DNA from: Narcine bancroftii
Taxonomy: Eukaryota
Reading direction: 5' to 3'
DNA: 64,000 bases
Assembly (NCBI RefSeq): GCF_036971445.1
Contig: NC_091471.1
Location: forward strand, 348,688,001 to 348,752,000
This document shows positions 38,901 to 51,500 of the stretch, one piece after another (position 1 is the stretch's first letter; each line of letters begins with the position of its first letter). Below the pieces are notes generated by a model. The model had not been told where the DNA came from. It was given only the letters and a program-made list of their open reading frames with translations, and ran no database searches. Made by a program: the position numbers and the translations under genes.

Positions 38901-41707
38901 TATTTCTCCGTTTTGTATTATGTATCTAAGGATGGTCAGTTTCTTAGCGCTAAAGTGTCCTTATTGTATGTTAGGTTACGTTCCTTAGCTGTCTGGAAGA
39001 AGTTCTTGAGGTTCATATCATGGTCGGCGGCTTGAGAGTGGCCACAAATGGTAACATTGTTGAGGTAAGGGAACACCACCTGGAGTTGATATGTCTACTA
39101 TGCGGTCCATCTCCCGTTGGATCAGTGACGCCCCATTAGTGATGCTGAATGGGAGATGGAGAAAATGGTACAGTCTGCCATCTGCCTCAAACATTATATA
39201 TATGCAGTCGCTCTCTCTGATAGGCAACTGGTGATACGCTGCCTTGAGGTCTATAGTGAAGAATGCCATACTGCGCAATGCTGTTCACCATGTCCGCTAT
39301 GCGCGGTAGTGGGTAGGTGTCCAGCTGTGTTAACTTGTTGATGGTCTGACTGTTGTCGACCACCATCCGCTGCTTCTCCCCCGACCTTACTACAACTACT
39401 TGGGCTCTCCAGGGGCTGGAGCTTTTCTCCATAATGCCCTCTTGTAGGAGTCTGCGAATCTCTGCTCGAATGAACTCTCTACCCCGTGGGCTGTACCTCC
39501 TGCTCTTGGTGGCTATTGGAGTGCAGTCCAGGGTGAGATGAATAATAGTGGGGGAGGTTCTACATTCAGGGCTGTGAGGTTACAGTGCTGTTTGTTCTTA
39601 AGGAACAGCAGGGGAAGGGGCCCATTGAGTTCCATTGTGATATTCTCCAACTGACATTGAAAGTCCAGCCCAAGCAGGATGGGAACAGCTGTCTAACAGC
39701 GCACCACATGGGGGAGAATTAACAATTCAAATTTCTCGTACTCTGTGCCTTGTACTTCCAACGTGACCTTGCAGAAGTGTGTCACTTTAGCCATGCAGCT
39801 GTTTGACGCGAACAAAATCTGGTGATCACTAGAGTATGTGTTCAGGGCAAGGCGCTCTACTAGCCCCCGGTCGATGAAACTTTCAGTACTCCTGCCGTCC
39901 ATCAGGCCATTAATTTTAATACTGTCACATTTGATAAATCGTTGGACCCTCGACTGGTTCAGACACAGAGAGGCCAGCAAGGCATGTCCTTCATTCTAGT
40001 ATTCAGCGTCCTGATCATAGTAGAACTCTTGGGTCGTTTTCCTCCCCCGATAGTGGTGTCCTCTGTCCAGCATCCTTTGTGCAACATGGCTGGCTGCACA
40101 TGGCACTCTGTTTCTGTCTACCTGAGGGGGAAGAAGAGCTTTCCTGCCTCTCATTTGCATGAGAAGAGGCTTTGGGCTTCTGCAGACTTTTGCATAATAC
40201 CCTTTCTTTCTGCAGTTTGAACACCTAGCTTCTCAAGCTGGGCAGAGACCTCTGGGGTGCTTTTGGAGCATTCCAGTGGGGATACTGCTGCTATATGTTG
40301 CCATTGAGCATTAGTGTTCCTCTTCCTTGCAGAGCTAACGAGTCCAGCAAAGTATATTCCTCCAGTTCCTTTCTAGTATCTTTCAGAGCCTCTGCGATAA
40401 TTTCTGCCTCCTCCAGCCTGACTGTCCCCTTTTATAGCAGCATCTGCCTGATCTCGGTAGATCTGACACCCGCTACAATCCTGTCTCTTATGAGCTCGTT
40501 CGCATACTCTTGAGCAGATACAGTTTTAAAAGTACACTCCCTAGCTAAGTCCTTCAGGGTGAGGATGAAATCCCTAACAGACTCCCCAGCTTGCTGCAAC
40601 CTGGTCATGAGCCTGTGTCTGGAGTGTCTCTGCAAGGTGCTCATAGCCTCTTGATAGGACTTAGCATCCTGTATAAGGAAGAACGGGCGATCCCCCAGCT
40701 GCGCTAGCAGTAGCATAAGCATTTCTTCCTTCGACGCCCCATCAACCCCCACGTAGTTTAGGAAACACCTCTGCCACCGGTTGAAGTGAATGCTTGCCCT
40801 GTGGGTCCTGGGGTCCAGTTCCAGCTTGTCTGGCCTCAGCACTTGGTCTGTGATGCCGTGTCCCAAAATGGCTGTGCCTGTGGCCCGCATATGGAAGGCC
40901 TGTTGCCGGCCATGTTGGATTCAGCATTGTGGTGGGCTGAATTTAAAGTCTTAGTGAGCTGGAGGGCTCTCTACAACAGCAATCTGTCTTCCTCTAGTAG
41001 TTGCTGGCTGATGTAATCGGACCTCACCCCAGCCACACAGGAGTCCCAGATCAGCTCTTCCACATGCTGGTCTGCCACTACTGGGTCAGGGATATTGCCC
41101 CTGCATTCTTGCCTCAGATTGTGCAGGATCCAAAAGAAATCATCCAGAGACTCATCGGGTTGCTGTTTTCTTGAGGTCACGAGGTTCCATGAGTTGACTT
41201 CATTTACCTACGGTCTGTAGAGGTTGTGGAGCTTGGTCATGGCTGTGGGGTAAGTCGTGTAGCCCCTGATTGCCAAATATGCACAGCGTCCAACCCTTGC
41301 TCACAGTAACTTGAGTTGCTTCTCGTCAGAGTCCACGAGGTCCTCAGAAGCTTCCAGGAAGTCTGTGAAGCACTCGATCCACTGTTCATACAGCTCTGGG
41401 GCTCCCTAGCATCTGTGGGTCAAGGTCTAGTCTGTCGGGTCGCAGCAGTTTGTCCATCCCGTGTGGAAGATTTAAAGTATAATAAATTCATAGGCTCTAT
41501 CAATAACTCCAAAGCTGTAGAGTGAGGAACAATAGGCTTTATTATGCTTTAGACGTAGCTGGCCCAATTCCACGTGCTCAACTGAGGACAGGGAGAGGGA
41601 GGTCAACCTTTATTCCAGGGTCACAAGGGGAGGAGTTAACAGGGAGTGAGTCACCAGTGTGGGACGGGCCAGCTATCCATTGACAGTCACATATTCGTAA
41701 CACCACA
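35949..41707 (-). mobile_element. Ty3/Gypsy LTR retrotransposon A (outer), with ~200-220 bp LTRs
   Basis: Homologous LTRs at 35949..36146 and 41488..41707; 5-bp TSD CCTCT (35944..35948 / 41708..41712). gag start MDKLLRPDRLDLDPQ (~41458) and integrase C-half at 36429..36860 (ALHAIRSLLCTATNTTPHE...GPVLLRKH). Confidence 0.9.
36863..40850 (-). mobile_element. Ty3/Gypsy element B (inner): gag-PR-RT-RH-IN plus PPT and 3' LTR, 5' LTR missing
   Basis: gag DQVLRPDKLELDP, protease LMDG.STESFI, RT SSSPWRAQVVVV/IDLKAAYHQ/YLNNV, RH KILHWRIELSTYNY, IN DFKG/HTDRG. G-run PPT at 37061..37072 next to a different LTR (~36863..37056). Many frameshifts. Confidence 0.88.
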
Positions 41708-42331
41708 CCTCTCAAATCCCAGCTTTAATACCTGGTTCCTATGAGCCAGTTTCTAGCAACCCGTGTGGGTCCCCCGACCGTAGGTTGCCCGCAGCCAGTG
41801 TGGGTCCCTCAGCCTGAAGGGTCTTCTCCCATGCTTCTCTTTCTAAATGGGGGTGTTCTCCCCATTTCTGGTGCCCTACACTGGTCTGCTGTGCCCCAGT
41901 CTGCAACCTTTTGTGGTCGCTGCCAAACACAGGTGCTGCCATCTTGGGTACATACCCCGCAGTTGCAGGATTTATACTTGCAAACACCATCAGCTCCTTT
42001 AACAGGTCATTTAAAGCCTGTACATAGCCATTAGTATTATCTGGCAGTTGAAATCTTCAGAGCAGTGCTGGGTCTCCACTTTTTTGGGTCTGTATCAGCT
42101 GTATAAATTGCAATGTTATCATGTTTTTCCTATCATGCAAAATGATTATTTATCCAAATCATAGTGACAAGACTATTGTGGAGGATTAGCGCTGATCCTT
42201 GATCCAGGTTCTTGGGTGAGGTCCCAATCAGCAATTTACTCTTTTTGAAGTATGAAGGATTCAAACTTTTCTTTAGCCAATCCCCTTTATTTGATACACA
42301 AACCTGTAAGAGATCCATCACCTCTGTAAAA

Positions 42332-43762
42332 CAGGGCTTCCCAAACTTTTTAGCTCATGCAACCCTTTTGGGGAGCATTTGGAAATCGCGGAACTCCAAT
42401 CATCAATTACAGTTTAAAAGACCTGGTATATACACAAGCATAGTAAGAAAGCAAATACACTCACCATTCTCCACAATCCCCATTCTCTTCTGCAGGTGGA
42501 CGGTGAGTTCTTCATGGTGTAGCAGCTCACCGGAGGCTTAATCGAACCAGCTCAGGAGGTTCCAAATGATGTCATTTGGAACATGTGGAGTTTTAAAAAG
42601 CTGCATGTGACTGCTTGAGTAAATGGCTTTTTACTGAACTTCAATGATCATTTTCTCCTTCTTCATTTTGCACTGCGACACAGTTGCTACAATGGAATGC
42701 AGATTCTTCAATATCACATCCCCAATTCTTTGGTAATCTCCTTTGACGTGTATATTGGATCTCCCTTCACACAGAGCTAGTTTTTGCTCGACCTTGCAGA
42801 AAGCTGGAGTGAAACTTGAAGAAGTGGGCAGAAATGGCATTGTCATTGGGGAATGGGTTCTGCTGTCTGAGCTGAGGTTGGGAGACAGGGAAAGGTTCAG
42901 GACACCAGACCTAGCCTGTGAGGTCAGCAAGAGCTTTGACACATGAGGGTTGCATGCCAAGGAGACTGCATGGTGGGGGACTCGCTGGGCCCTCACCTCC
43001 TCCTGTCCGTCCAATCCAGGGTTTCGAGATGGCAGGCGGCTCCTGTGCCCTGCCAGCCTCTTGGTGGTCATGCCAGAAACTTCCAGATCCTTCCTCTCAT
43101 TGGGTGACACAGGTCCAGTGAATGAAAGCATTCTGAAGAGAAGCCATCATTTTGTTTTAGCATCAGAGACTGAGGATCAGGCAAACTTTGGATCAATTGC
43201 ATTTTACATTTGCCTTTTTATATTTGCCCTCTTTAACATAATCCAGGAGTTGCTTCTGGGATCTCCGGCTAGAACTGAATGAGGATCGTCACCTATATTA
43301 ATTGGACATTGGTGACTTGACAGGCGAGGTGAGCAGGCCCACCCCTCCATCAGCCCGTCCTCCTACTGACGTCACAATGGGGGTCACAGCCCAGTGATTG
43401 AGTGCGCGGGCAGGGAGAAGAGACGTCACAGTCTCGCTCCATCATTCCGCCTGCTAATTAGTCTGGAACCCCATGGCTGTACCCTTTGAAGGACAGGCTG
43501 AGACCAGGTGCCTATTGGAGTGCGGCGACAGGTATTGTGCAAATCAGCAGCTGAGGTAAGCGTTAGTGGAGGGTCGTGCACACCTCCCCCTCCCTCTGCT
43601 GCTGCCATTTTGTCTCCCCCTCAGAAACAAATTAAATTTAAGTTTAGACATAAAAATTTATTTAACAAAAAAACAGATAGATCCCTGTCATTTCTTCAAT
43701 GGAACCACTAGGCCTTTCCATGGAACCCCAGGGTTTCGCGGAACCCAGTTTGGGAAACCCTG
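42332..43762. mobile_element. Non-autonomous hAT element (1.43 kb) with unidentified internal cargo
   Basis: TIRs CAGGGCTTCCCAAACT / AGTTTGGGAAACCCTG, 8-bp TSD CTGTAAAA / CTGTAGAG, and GGAACCC subterminal repeats. No hAT transposase motif recognised. Confidence 0.82.
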
Positions 43763-44740
43763 CTGTAGAGGATCAAGAGGATCTCTGAACATACAAATGC
43801 ATGGGTTTAACCTGCAATCTGTCTTAATCAATCAGAAAAAAAATCAGTCTTCTCCATGTGACAAGCATTACCCCATCACCATTCAGCTACTCACTATTCA
43901 TCAGCAAATTGCATCATTACGTGAACCAATCACGTAACCAGGTTCCCCTTTCCTCAGGCATTGTTCTTGCATGTCACCTGATCTGGGGAAACTCCAGGCT
44001 GATGGAGCCCCTCACTTCTCTATATATTTACAACCCTCTGCAAAACAGCAAGGCACACCCTTACTTCCACACTATTGCTCTGAATCAATCATAGACAATC
44101 TTTTTGAACACAGTGTGCAAAAGCCTAGGAACCTTCAAGTTGTTGAAAATTACATGGTCCAGAAGCACAGTGTCATAACACGAAAGCAAAGCAGCAAAAT
44201 GGACTTTGCTAAAATTTCCACTTCTAATTTTAAGCTACTCAAAATGTCGTGAGAACATCCTGTCATCTCAGACGTGTCACCCTAATGCAAGGCTGAGTAT
44301 CATAAACCTTTAATCTGAATACTATAAACATCTTCAGCAATGCAGCTATATTCCAACATACCTTCGATAATACCAAGTGTTTGCAGGAAACAATTTAAAG
44401 CTCCATTAAGATTATTTACTCTTTCGTGCCCATATATGCTAACATTACCTATTAATCCAAATAACTCTGAATATGTGCAAGACAGAATATTTTGGGTTTG
44501 ATAACCCTTTTCAAGCGTATATTATAAACTGAGTTTATCATACTATTTCAATTATTTTCATGGAATACATAAACGATACAGAATCATGGAAATTTTAGAG
44601 CAAAAAAGGACCAATTCTGGTCTGTCAGCCATAGGAAGGAAATCAATGATTGGAAATGGTGCAAAGGAAATTCACTAGCGTGTTGATGGGACTGCAGGGG
44701 TTGGATTCCCTGGACCAAAAGGGAGTGAGGAGTGATCCTG

Positions 44741-45482
44741 CAGTAGGTCTCAGCATTTTTCTTTCCACTCACATACCACTTTAAGTATTCCCTATGCCAT
44801 AGGTGCTCTGTGATTAGTAAGGGATTGCTTAAGGTGGTATGTGGGTGGAAAGAAAACGTTTGAAAACCACTGTTTTAATCGTACCTAATTGACTCATGAT
44901 GTGCAAGGTTTCATAACTCCAAAGAAAGTGGCCCAATGATAACTTTTCTCAAGCAAAATATTTCAGTAACAATTGGGTATTGTAAGGTAAAACATCATGA
45001 GATGGGAATGTGTAAGGAGTTACCCTGTACAGGGCTGTAACAAGATGTGAATGCATCCTTGTACTTACAAGATAAGAGAGACATTGATGGATTGAGAGGC
45101 AGGAAGCTAGCAGGGAAAGGATAGCAACAGTTTTAGTCATTGGACAAGTAATGATATGATGATGTTCTAAGCATGTATCCAAGGGTATAAAAAATCACCA
45201 TTTTGCTGATAACGGCAGAATGCATTCTCCGACTAACATGGTTAGTTGCAAGTGTTACAATCCGGTAATAAAGAACAAAGAACCCTGATTTCGACTCAGC
45301 CTGGTGTTTGTCTCACTCATTCATGAACAAAGCAGACCTAACAGTATAGAGCAGAGATTCTCAACTTTCCCTTTCCACTCACATCCCACCTTAAGCAATC
45401 CCTTACTAATCACAGAGCACCGATGGTACAGGGATTACTTAAAGTGGTATGTGAGTGGAAAGAAAAACGTTGAGAACCACTC
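44741..45482. mobile_element. Composite hAT-type MITE: two ~130-bp palindromic modules and a ~110-bp spacer, interrupted by a solo LTR
   Basis: Modules 44741..44872 and 45352..45482, each with CAGTGGTTCTCAAC-type TIRs. A second copy lies in reverse orientation at 49063..49393. Confidence 0.85.
44981..45343 (+). mobile_element. Solo LTR (ERV- or Gypsy-type), apparently young
   Basis: TGTAAGG...CCTAACA ends, 4-bp TSD GTAT, TATAAAA (~45186) and AATAAA (~45267). The empty site is visible in the MITE copy at ~49200. Confidence 0.9.
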
Positions 45483-45629
45483 CTCTAGAACTTAAAAAAA
45501 TCACGAAGAGCATGGATAAATGAATTTCATTGCCTTTTTCCCAGGATAAATTATTCTAAAACTAGAGGGCATAGGTTTAAAGTGAGAGGGGAAAGATCTG
45601 GGAGGGACATGAGAGGCAATTTTTAGTCT

Positions 45630-46770
45630 CAGACCCCAAGTCATCAAGTTTATTATCATCTGATTGTACAAGTACAACCCAGTGAAACAACCATCTCTGG
45701 TCCTCAATGCAAAACAGGCAGACTCACAACCAGACATAACACACATACAAACAATGCATATGTAAGACAAGTATTTCATCTATACAAATAAATAAATAGA
45801 TAGAGTTTGTTTCTTTTTTGTACTAACTGGATGGTTAGTACAAGCATTTCCTTTGGTTGTTCACCATTCTCACTGCCTGTGGGAAGAAGCTGTTCCTCAG
45901 CCAGGTGGTGCTGGCTCTGATATGCTTGTATCTCTTTCAAAAAGGGAGCAGCTGAAAGATGCTGGATGTGGGGTGGAAGGAATCCTCAACGATTTTGCAT
46001 GCCCTCTTCAGACAACAATCTCAGTAGATCACGTCAATGGGGGTTGGAGGAAGAGGGAGACTCCAGTGATGCTTTCTGTTATTCTTCCAGACCTGTGGAT
46101 TGACCTCCAATCCATTTCTCTGCAGCAACTGTATCACACTGTGATGCAGCTGGCTAAGATGCTCTTGATGGAGCTCCTATAGAAAGTTGTAGAAGGTTGG
46201 CATAATCATGGCTGGTAGCCTTGTCCATTTCAGTCTTTTCAGAAAGTTCAGTCATTGTTGTACATTCCTAACAAGTGAGGAGATGTTGTCTGTCCACGAT
46301 AATTAAGTGAACTCCAAGGAACTTTGTGCTCTCCATTCTCTCTACTAGAGTTGTTGATGTGTAATGGAAGGTTATCATTCCTGGTCTACCTGAAGTCCAT
46401 TATCATCTCCTTTGTTTTGTCCACATTGAGACTCAGGTTATTAATCAAACACCATTTCATGAGATTTTCCACCTCTTCTCTGTAGTGCGACTCATCCTTG
46501 TTGCTGATGAGGACAACTACTGTTGTGTCATCTGCTAACTTCGTGACACTGTTGGGAGTTGGACCTTGCGATGCAGTCGTGGGTCAGTAGCATGAACAGG
46601 AGCAGGTTGAGCACACAGCCCTAAGGTGCGCCAGTGCTCAGCGTGACGGTGTTCTAAGTTCTGCTATCGATCCAGACAGACAGTGGTCTTTCCGTTAGGA
46701 AATTCAGGATCCGGTTAGAGAGGTTTTGAATCCCAATCCCAGTGAGGACAGGTTCTCCAGTCTGTCCAGA
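45630..46770 (-). mobile_element. Rex1/Babar-like LINE, RT to 3' end
   Basis: Minus strand gives STGAP.GCVL.LLLF, K.ADDTTVVVLI, LSLNVDKTKEMIMDFR, SFFPQAVR, and a tail ending GATGATAATAAACTTGA. Confidence 0.82.
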
Positions 46771-47629
46771 AGGGAAGAGTCATTGACCTTAACTCGCAAA
46801 GTTGACTTGTGACCATTATAGTCTTGATCCCTTGCCATATGTGCCTCGTGTTGCCAGTATCACACAGCTATCTTTGGATCTTCTGTGGATATTCCAGCAT
46901 TGCCTTCCAGAATGAATGGGAGAATTCAGCCGTGACTGATCATAGTACCACCCTACACCCAATCCCGAAGGCAGCATCACAAGCTCTGAGAAGGGCCCAG
47001 ATCTCTACATCCAACCACGGTTTCTAGTGGCCGCCTCCCTGAAATAGCTCTAGTTCATGGTCTCAAAGCAGTTTTGTAGCGCTGCTGTGACCCCCCTCCC
47101 CACCCCCCAGCAAAATGATCTAATTTGTTTTGCCAGCAGTCTGTACATCGGGGTTAGCAGGACAGATGTATGATCCAAGTAACCAAGATGGGGTTGAGGT
47201 GTAGAAACGTTGGTGTACACCCAATCTAGGGTGTTTTTTCCTCTGGTGGTGAAGTTCGCATGTTGTTAAAACCATGGTAAGAATATTTTCAGGTTGGCCA
47301 TGATTGGAATGAAATGCCAGAGCAAACTGTTGATGCGGGCACAACAGCTAGATTCAAAAGATATTTGGACAGATTTATGGATGGGAGGGGCATAGAGAGA
47401 TATGGACCATATACAGGCAAATGGGATTAGCCCAGTATGCCAATTTGGTTAAGGGCAAAAATGGGACAGGAGGCAACTCTGCCAGATAATCCCAAAAAAT
47501 ACAGAAAGGGAAAAAGGGAACCCCTCTGGAATCAATGTGGTCAGCATTGTGTGGAGCCACAGGAGAAAGACAGGATCCTCAACAAGTAGTTCTCTGATGC
47601 TGTCAAGCTGGAGAGGGTGCACAAAATAT

Positions 47630-47885
47630 TTATGATGACATTGCAAGGGCTTGGGGACTATGGAGAAGTTAAGCAGGCTAGCTTTATTCATTGGAGCACA
47701 GAATGATAAGGGTGATCTCATAGAGGTGTACAAAATCATGAGAGGAATAGATAGGGTGAATGCAAAAAGACTTTTGCCCAGAGTAGGGGAAATCATTAAT
47801 TAGAGGACATAGATTTAAGGTGAGGGGAAAGAGACTGATAACTGGAAGGTAACTTTTTTTTACACAGAGATGCTGCGTGTATGGA
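47630..47885 (+). mobile_element. CR1 LINE 3' fragment
   Basis: GDLIEVYKIMRGIDRVNAKRLLP...RGHRFKVRG. Confidence 0.85.
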
Positions 47886-48742
47886 GAAGAGGCCTATTTT
47901 TGGCTTAAATGCAAAATTGAACCTAAGACCTAACTTGTAAAAACCCATTTTCACCAAGACAATTAGATTAAAACTAAAAATACTGGTAATACAAAAAAAC
48001 AGGAGATAATGCAATATGCTCAGCAATGAAAGTAAATAGAAAAGAGGTAAATGTGTTGTGTAATTATTGATTCAGCAGGATGAAGTTACTTTAATACACA
48101 TATTTATGAAGGTTTATTGAGTTCATTCAGAAAGCTATGAGTTAAAATGTGAATCTGTAGAAATAACAGACTGTCTCCTGTGTGACAGGGACGGTTTGGT
48201 CTTTTGCAATCTGGAATTTAAATAACTAAATACCAGCTGAGCTCTTCAATCCCCTTGAGTTCTTTGCAGCATTCTACAATTACACAGGGGAAAGTTGATC
48301 TCTAAACAGACTTCCTACATACAATTCCTTAATGATCCCTCCCAGATGGGTTTCATAGAACATTATAGCATAAATACAAGCGATTCCATCAATTTATTCA
48401 GCACTGCTGTTCCTCAAGTCTAATTTAATTTTCTTGCTTGCTCCCCTCTCAACTCCCCTACCCCCTCATTACTCTTTAACAATTCTTTGTCTAAGCAATT
48501 ATTTAATTCCAAAAAAATCAATGGTTTCTGCTTCAAGTGCAATTGTGTACTCTTATCTGGTGTCAGGTATCAGTCCTAGATCAATTACAGTTGTTCTCTC
48601 TCCCTCTCTCTGACCTAAGTCATGGGTTCAAACACTACTTCACAGACTTCGGCATATACATACATTTCATCTGGAAGAATGAGGAAGAACTGTAGAACAA
48701 ACAATATAAGTCTAATGGCAGATTAGGTATCACGACTGTATA

Positions 48743-48848
48743 CAGTTCCCTCCATAATGTTCGGGACAAAGACACTTTTTTCATTTATTTGCCCCTCTGC
48801 ACCGCAGTTTTTAATTTATAATCAAACAATTCACATGTAATTAAAGTT
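48743..48848 (+). mobile_element. Tc1/mariner terminal fragment
   Basis: TA|CAGTTCCCTCCATAATGTTCGGGACAAAGAC resembles fish Tc1-like TIR starts. No partner end found. Confidence 0.5.
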
Positions 48849-49062
48849 CTATGATGGCTCCAGAAGAAAATATTTCAATTAAGGGAATAAAATTGAGAAC
48901 TGGGTTATTCTCTTTATGAAGAAGTGATTAGAGAGGACCAGTAGAAGTCTTTCTTGGTTTAATTTTTGCTGCAAACAGCAACATTTTGTTCCAGATTCCA
49001 TCCATCATCTAAAGTCTCTTGTGTCTACCTTTGGTTAAAAAAAATGTTGACAGGTTTAGATC

Positions 49063-49393
49063 CAGTGATTCTCAACCTTTTTTCTTTCCACTCACATACC
49101 ACTTTAAGTAATCCCAATGCCATCGGTGCTCTGTGATTAGTAAGGGATTGCTTAAAGTGGTATATGAGTGGGAAGAGAAGTTTGAGAATCACTGCTCTAG
49201 ACCCAAATGTTACTGAAATATTTTGCTTGAGAAAAATTGTCATTGGCCCATTTCCTTTGGAGTTATGAAACTGTGCACATAATGAGTCTATTAGGTACGA
49301 TTAAAACAGTGGTTTTCAAACTTTTTCTTTCCATCCACATACCACCTTTAGCAATCCCTTACTAATCACAGAGCACCTATAGCATAGGGAATA
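49063..49393. mobile_element. Second copy of the composite hAT MITE (reverse orientation, one module truncated)
   Basis: Module 49063..49194, a spacer that is the reverse complement of 44873..44980, and a second module from 49307. Confidence 0.85.
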
Positions 49394-49399
49394 TAATGG

Positions 49400-50335
49400 G
49401 AAGAGAGGAGGGAAATAAAAATTGGCTTGCCTGTTTAAGGCATTCTGACTGTGGTCAGTGACTTGTAGCATTCTATAGGGATCAGCTCTGGAACCCCTAC
49501 TCTTTGTGATTTTTTTAGAAATGACCTGGATGAAAAAGTGGAAGCATGGGTCAGTAAGTTTGCAATGATACGAAGGATGGAGGTTTTGTGGATACTGTCT
49601 ATCAGTTGTCACAAAATATAGACAGGATACAGAGTTGGGAAGAGAAATGACAGATGGAGTTCACTCCGGATAAGTGTGAAGTGACAATAATTGGAAAGTC
49701 AAACGAGAGTGGAGAACATGGTCAAAGGCAGGATTCTTAACAGTGTGGAAGAACAAAGGGATAATGGAATTCAAGTCCATAGATTGAGAGATGAGTTGAT
49801 AGGGTGGTTAAGAAGACAAAAGGTGTGCTGGCTTTCATTAATAGAGGGACTGTGTTCAAGAGGTGTGAGATAATGTTGCAGCTCTATAAAGTCTGATTAG
49901 ACCACGCTTGGAGTATTGTGAGCCGTTCTTGATGCCTCGTTACAGGAAGAATGTTGAAGCTTTAGAGAGAGTGCAGAAGAGATTCACCAGGATGTTGTCT
50001 GGAATGAAGAATGTCTTATGAAGCAAGGGTGACCGAGTTGGGGCTTTTCTTTTTGGTGCGACAAAGAGGAAACTGAATAGAGGTACACAAAATTATGAGA
50101 GGCTTAGATAGGTTGGACAGTCCATACCTATATCAATGCATTCCAGGCACCCACCACTCTGTGTAAAAAAACTTTTGCTGACATCTCCCATAAACTTTCT
50201 TCTACTCACCTTAAATGGCTATTCTCTGTTATAAGTCATTGCTGTCCTGGGGAAAAAGATGCTATCTGTGTTTCTCATAATTTATACACGTATTCTAAGT
50301 CACTTATTTTCCTCCATCACTCCAATGAGAAAAGC
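49400..50335 (+). mobile_element. Decayed CR1 LINE ORF2 segment (with a short inverted CR1 piece at its end)
   Basis: GSALEPLLFVIF, WQMEF...KCEV, LYKSLIRP.LEYC, RVQKRFTRML. Confidence 0.8.
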
Positions 50336-50984
50336 TATTGTACATTTTAATCTATATTGTCAAACATGGGAATGGGCAAGAACCTCCTTCTCTAGTTTCC
50401 TGCTTAATTGAGGACCGTCATTTAAACACAGGATTGCAGACATTTGATCTGATCCTTTTGTGGTAATGTTTCAAATTCATTTATCGTCACATGTACTACG
50501 ATGCAGGGATAAAGTTTTATCTTTCTGCCACAAATGTTGCCTCGATAATAAATGTTTTCCTCCATTCTTTATCTGATGCTCATAGAACCACCTATTTTTT
50601 GGCATATTTCTTCTGGCATTTCTAGTCAATTACTTTTGAATGGTGGTATGCTGATGGTGTGGTGGCTGGATTCACATTATGGGTCAGTCTACCTGAGGGT
50701 CATTTTGGCTAGGAATCATGGGCATTTTACTTTGCAGTAGAAATGTGAAAATTTTTAAAAATAAGCATTTACTGGAATTCTGAAATAAAAAGGACAATGT
50801 TGGAAACACTCAGCATATCAGGCAACAATTGTGGAAAGAGAATGAGTTAAAGCTTCAGGTCACAGAACCTTCATTAGAACTAGCAAAGACATTTAAAAAA
50901 TTTAGTTGCTAAGACGGTTGGAGGAATGGATAGAACAAAGGGTATATCTGATAGGGTTATGCCAGGTCAATTTTTAAAATTTTA

Positions 50985-51500
50985 TAATGGACTTTATTCA
51001 CAATAAAAGTCAAAGAAAAACAGTGCAAACTCTTTTGACATCATTAATGTCATATTTATATATTTCATTACTGTACACAGTAATGTTACTCGCCTTGCTG
51101 TTGTTTGTAGGGCTTCCCTTCTGGCCTCAGCCCCTCAATGCCCAGGAACAGAAAAGACTCTAGAGTGTGGTCCTTCACAACAAACCCTTTCATTGACTGC
51201 ATCATTTCTCAGTGCATCCCTCAGCAAGCACTCCTGTAGCCTGAATGTATTCCCTCACTGACATCTGACTGGGCTGAAAGACCAACAACTTCAGGCAGAC
51301 TAAAGAGCATCTTTCACTGAGTTGATAATCATTCAGCAGCACTGGATGTCTGTCTCTGCATGTGATCCTAAAAACAGCCCATAAATTAGACTCCATTGTT
51401 ATGCTTTTGTGGTGGATGAACCATGACAAGGACCTTTACAATCTTCTCCACACTCTCAGCAGATCCACAGCCTGCAGTCTGTCTCCACAGTCTGTTTCCT
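50985..51500 (-). mobile_element. Tx1-like (L1 group) LINE 3' end
   Basis: Minus strand IINSVKDAL..A..LLVFQ...MSV.E....RLQE.L.RDAL pattern and a GAATAAAGT tail. Confidence 0.65.
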
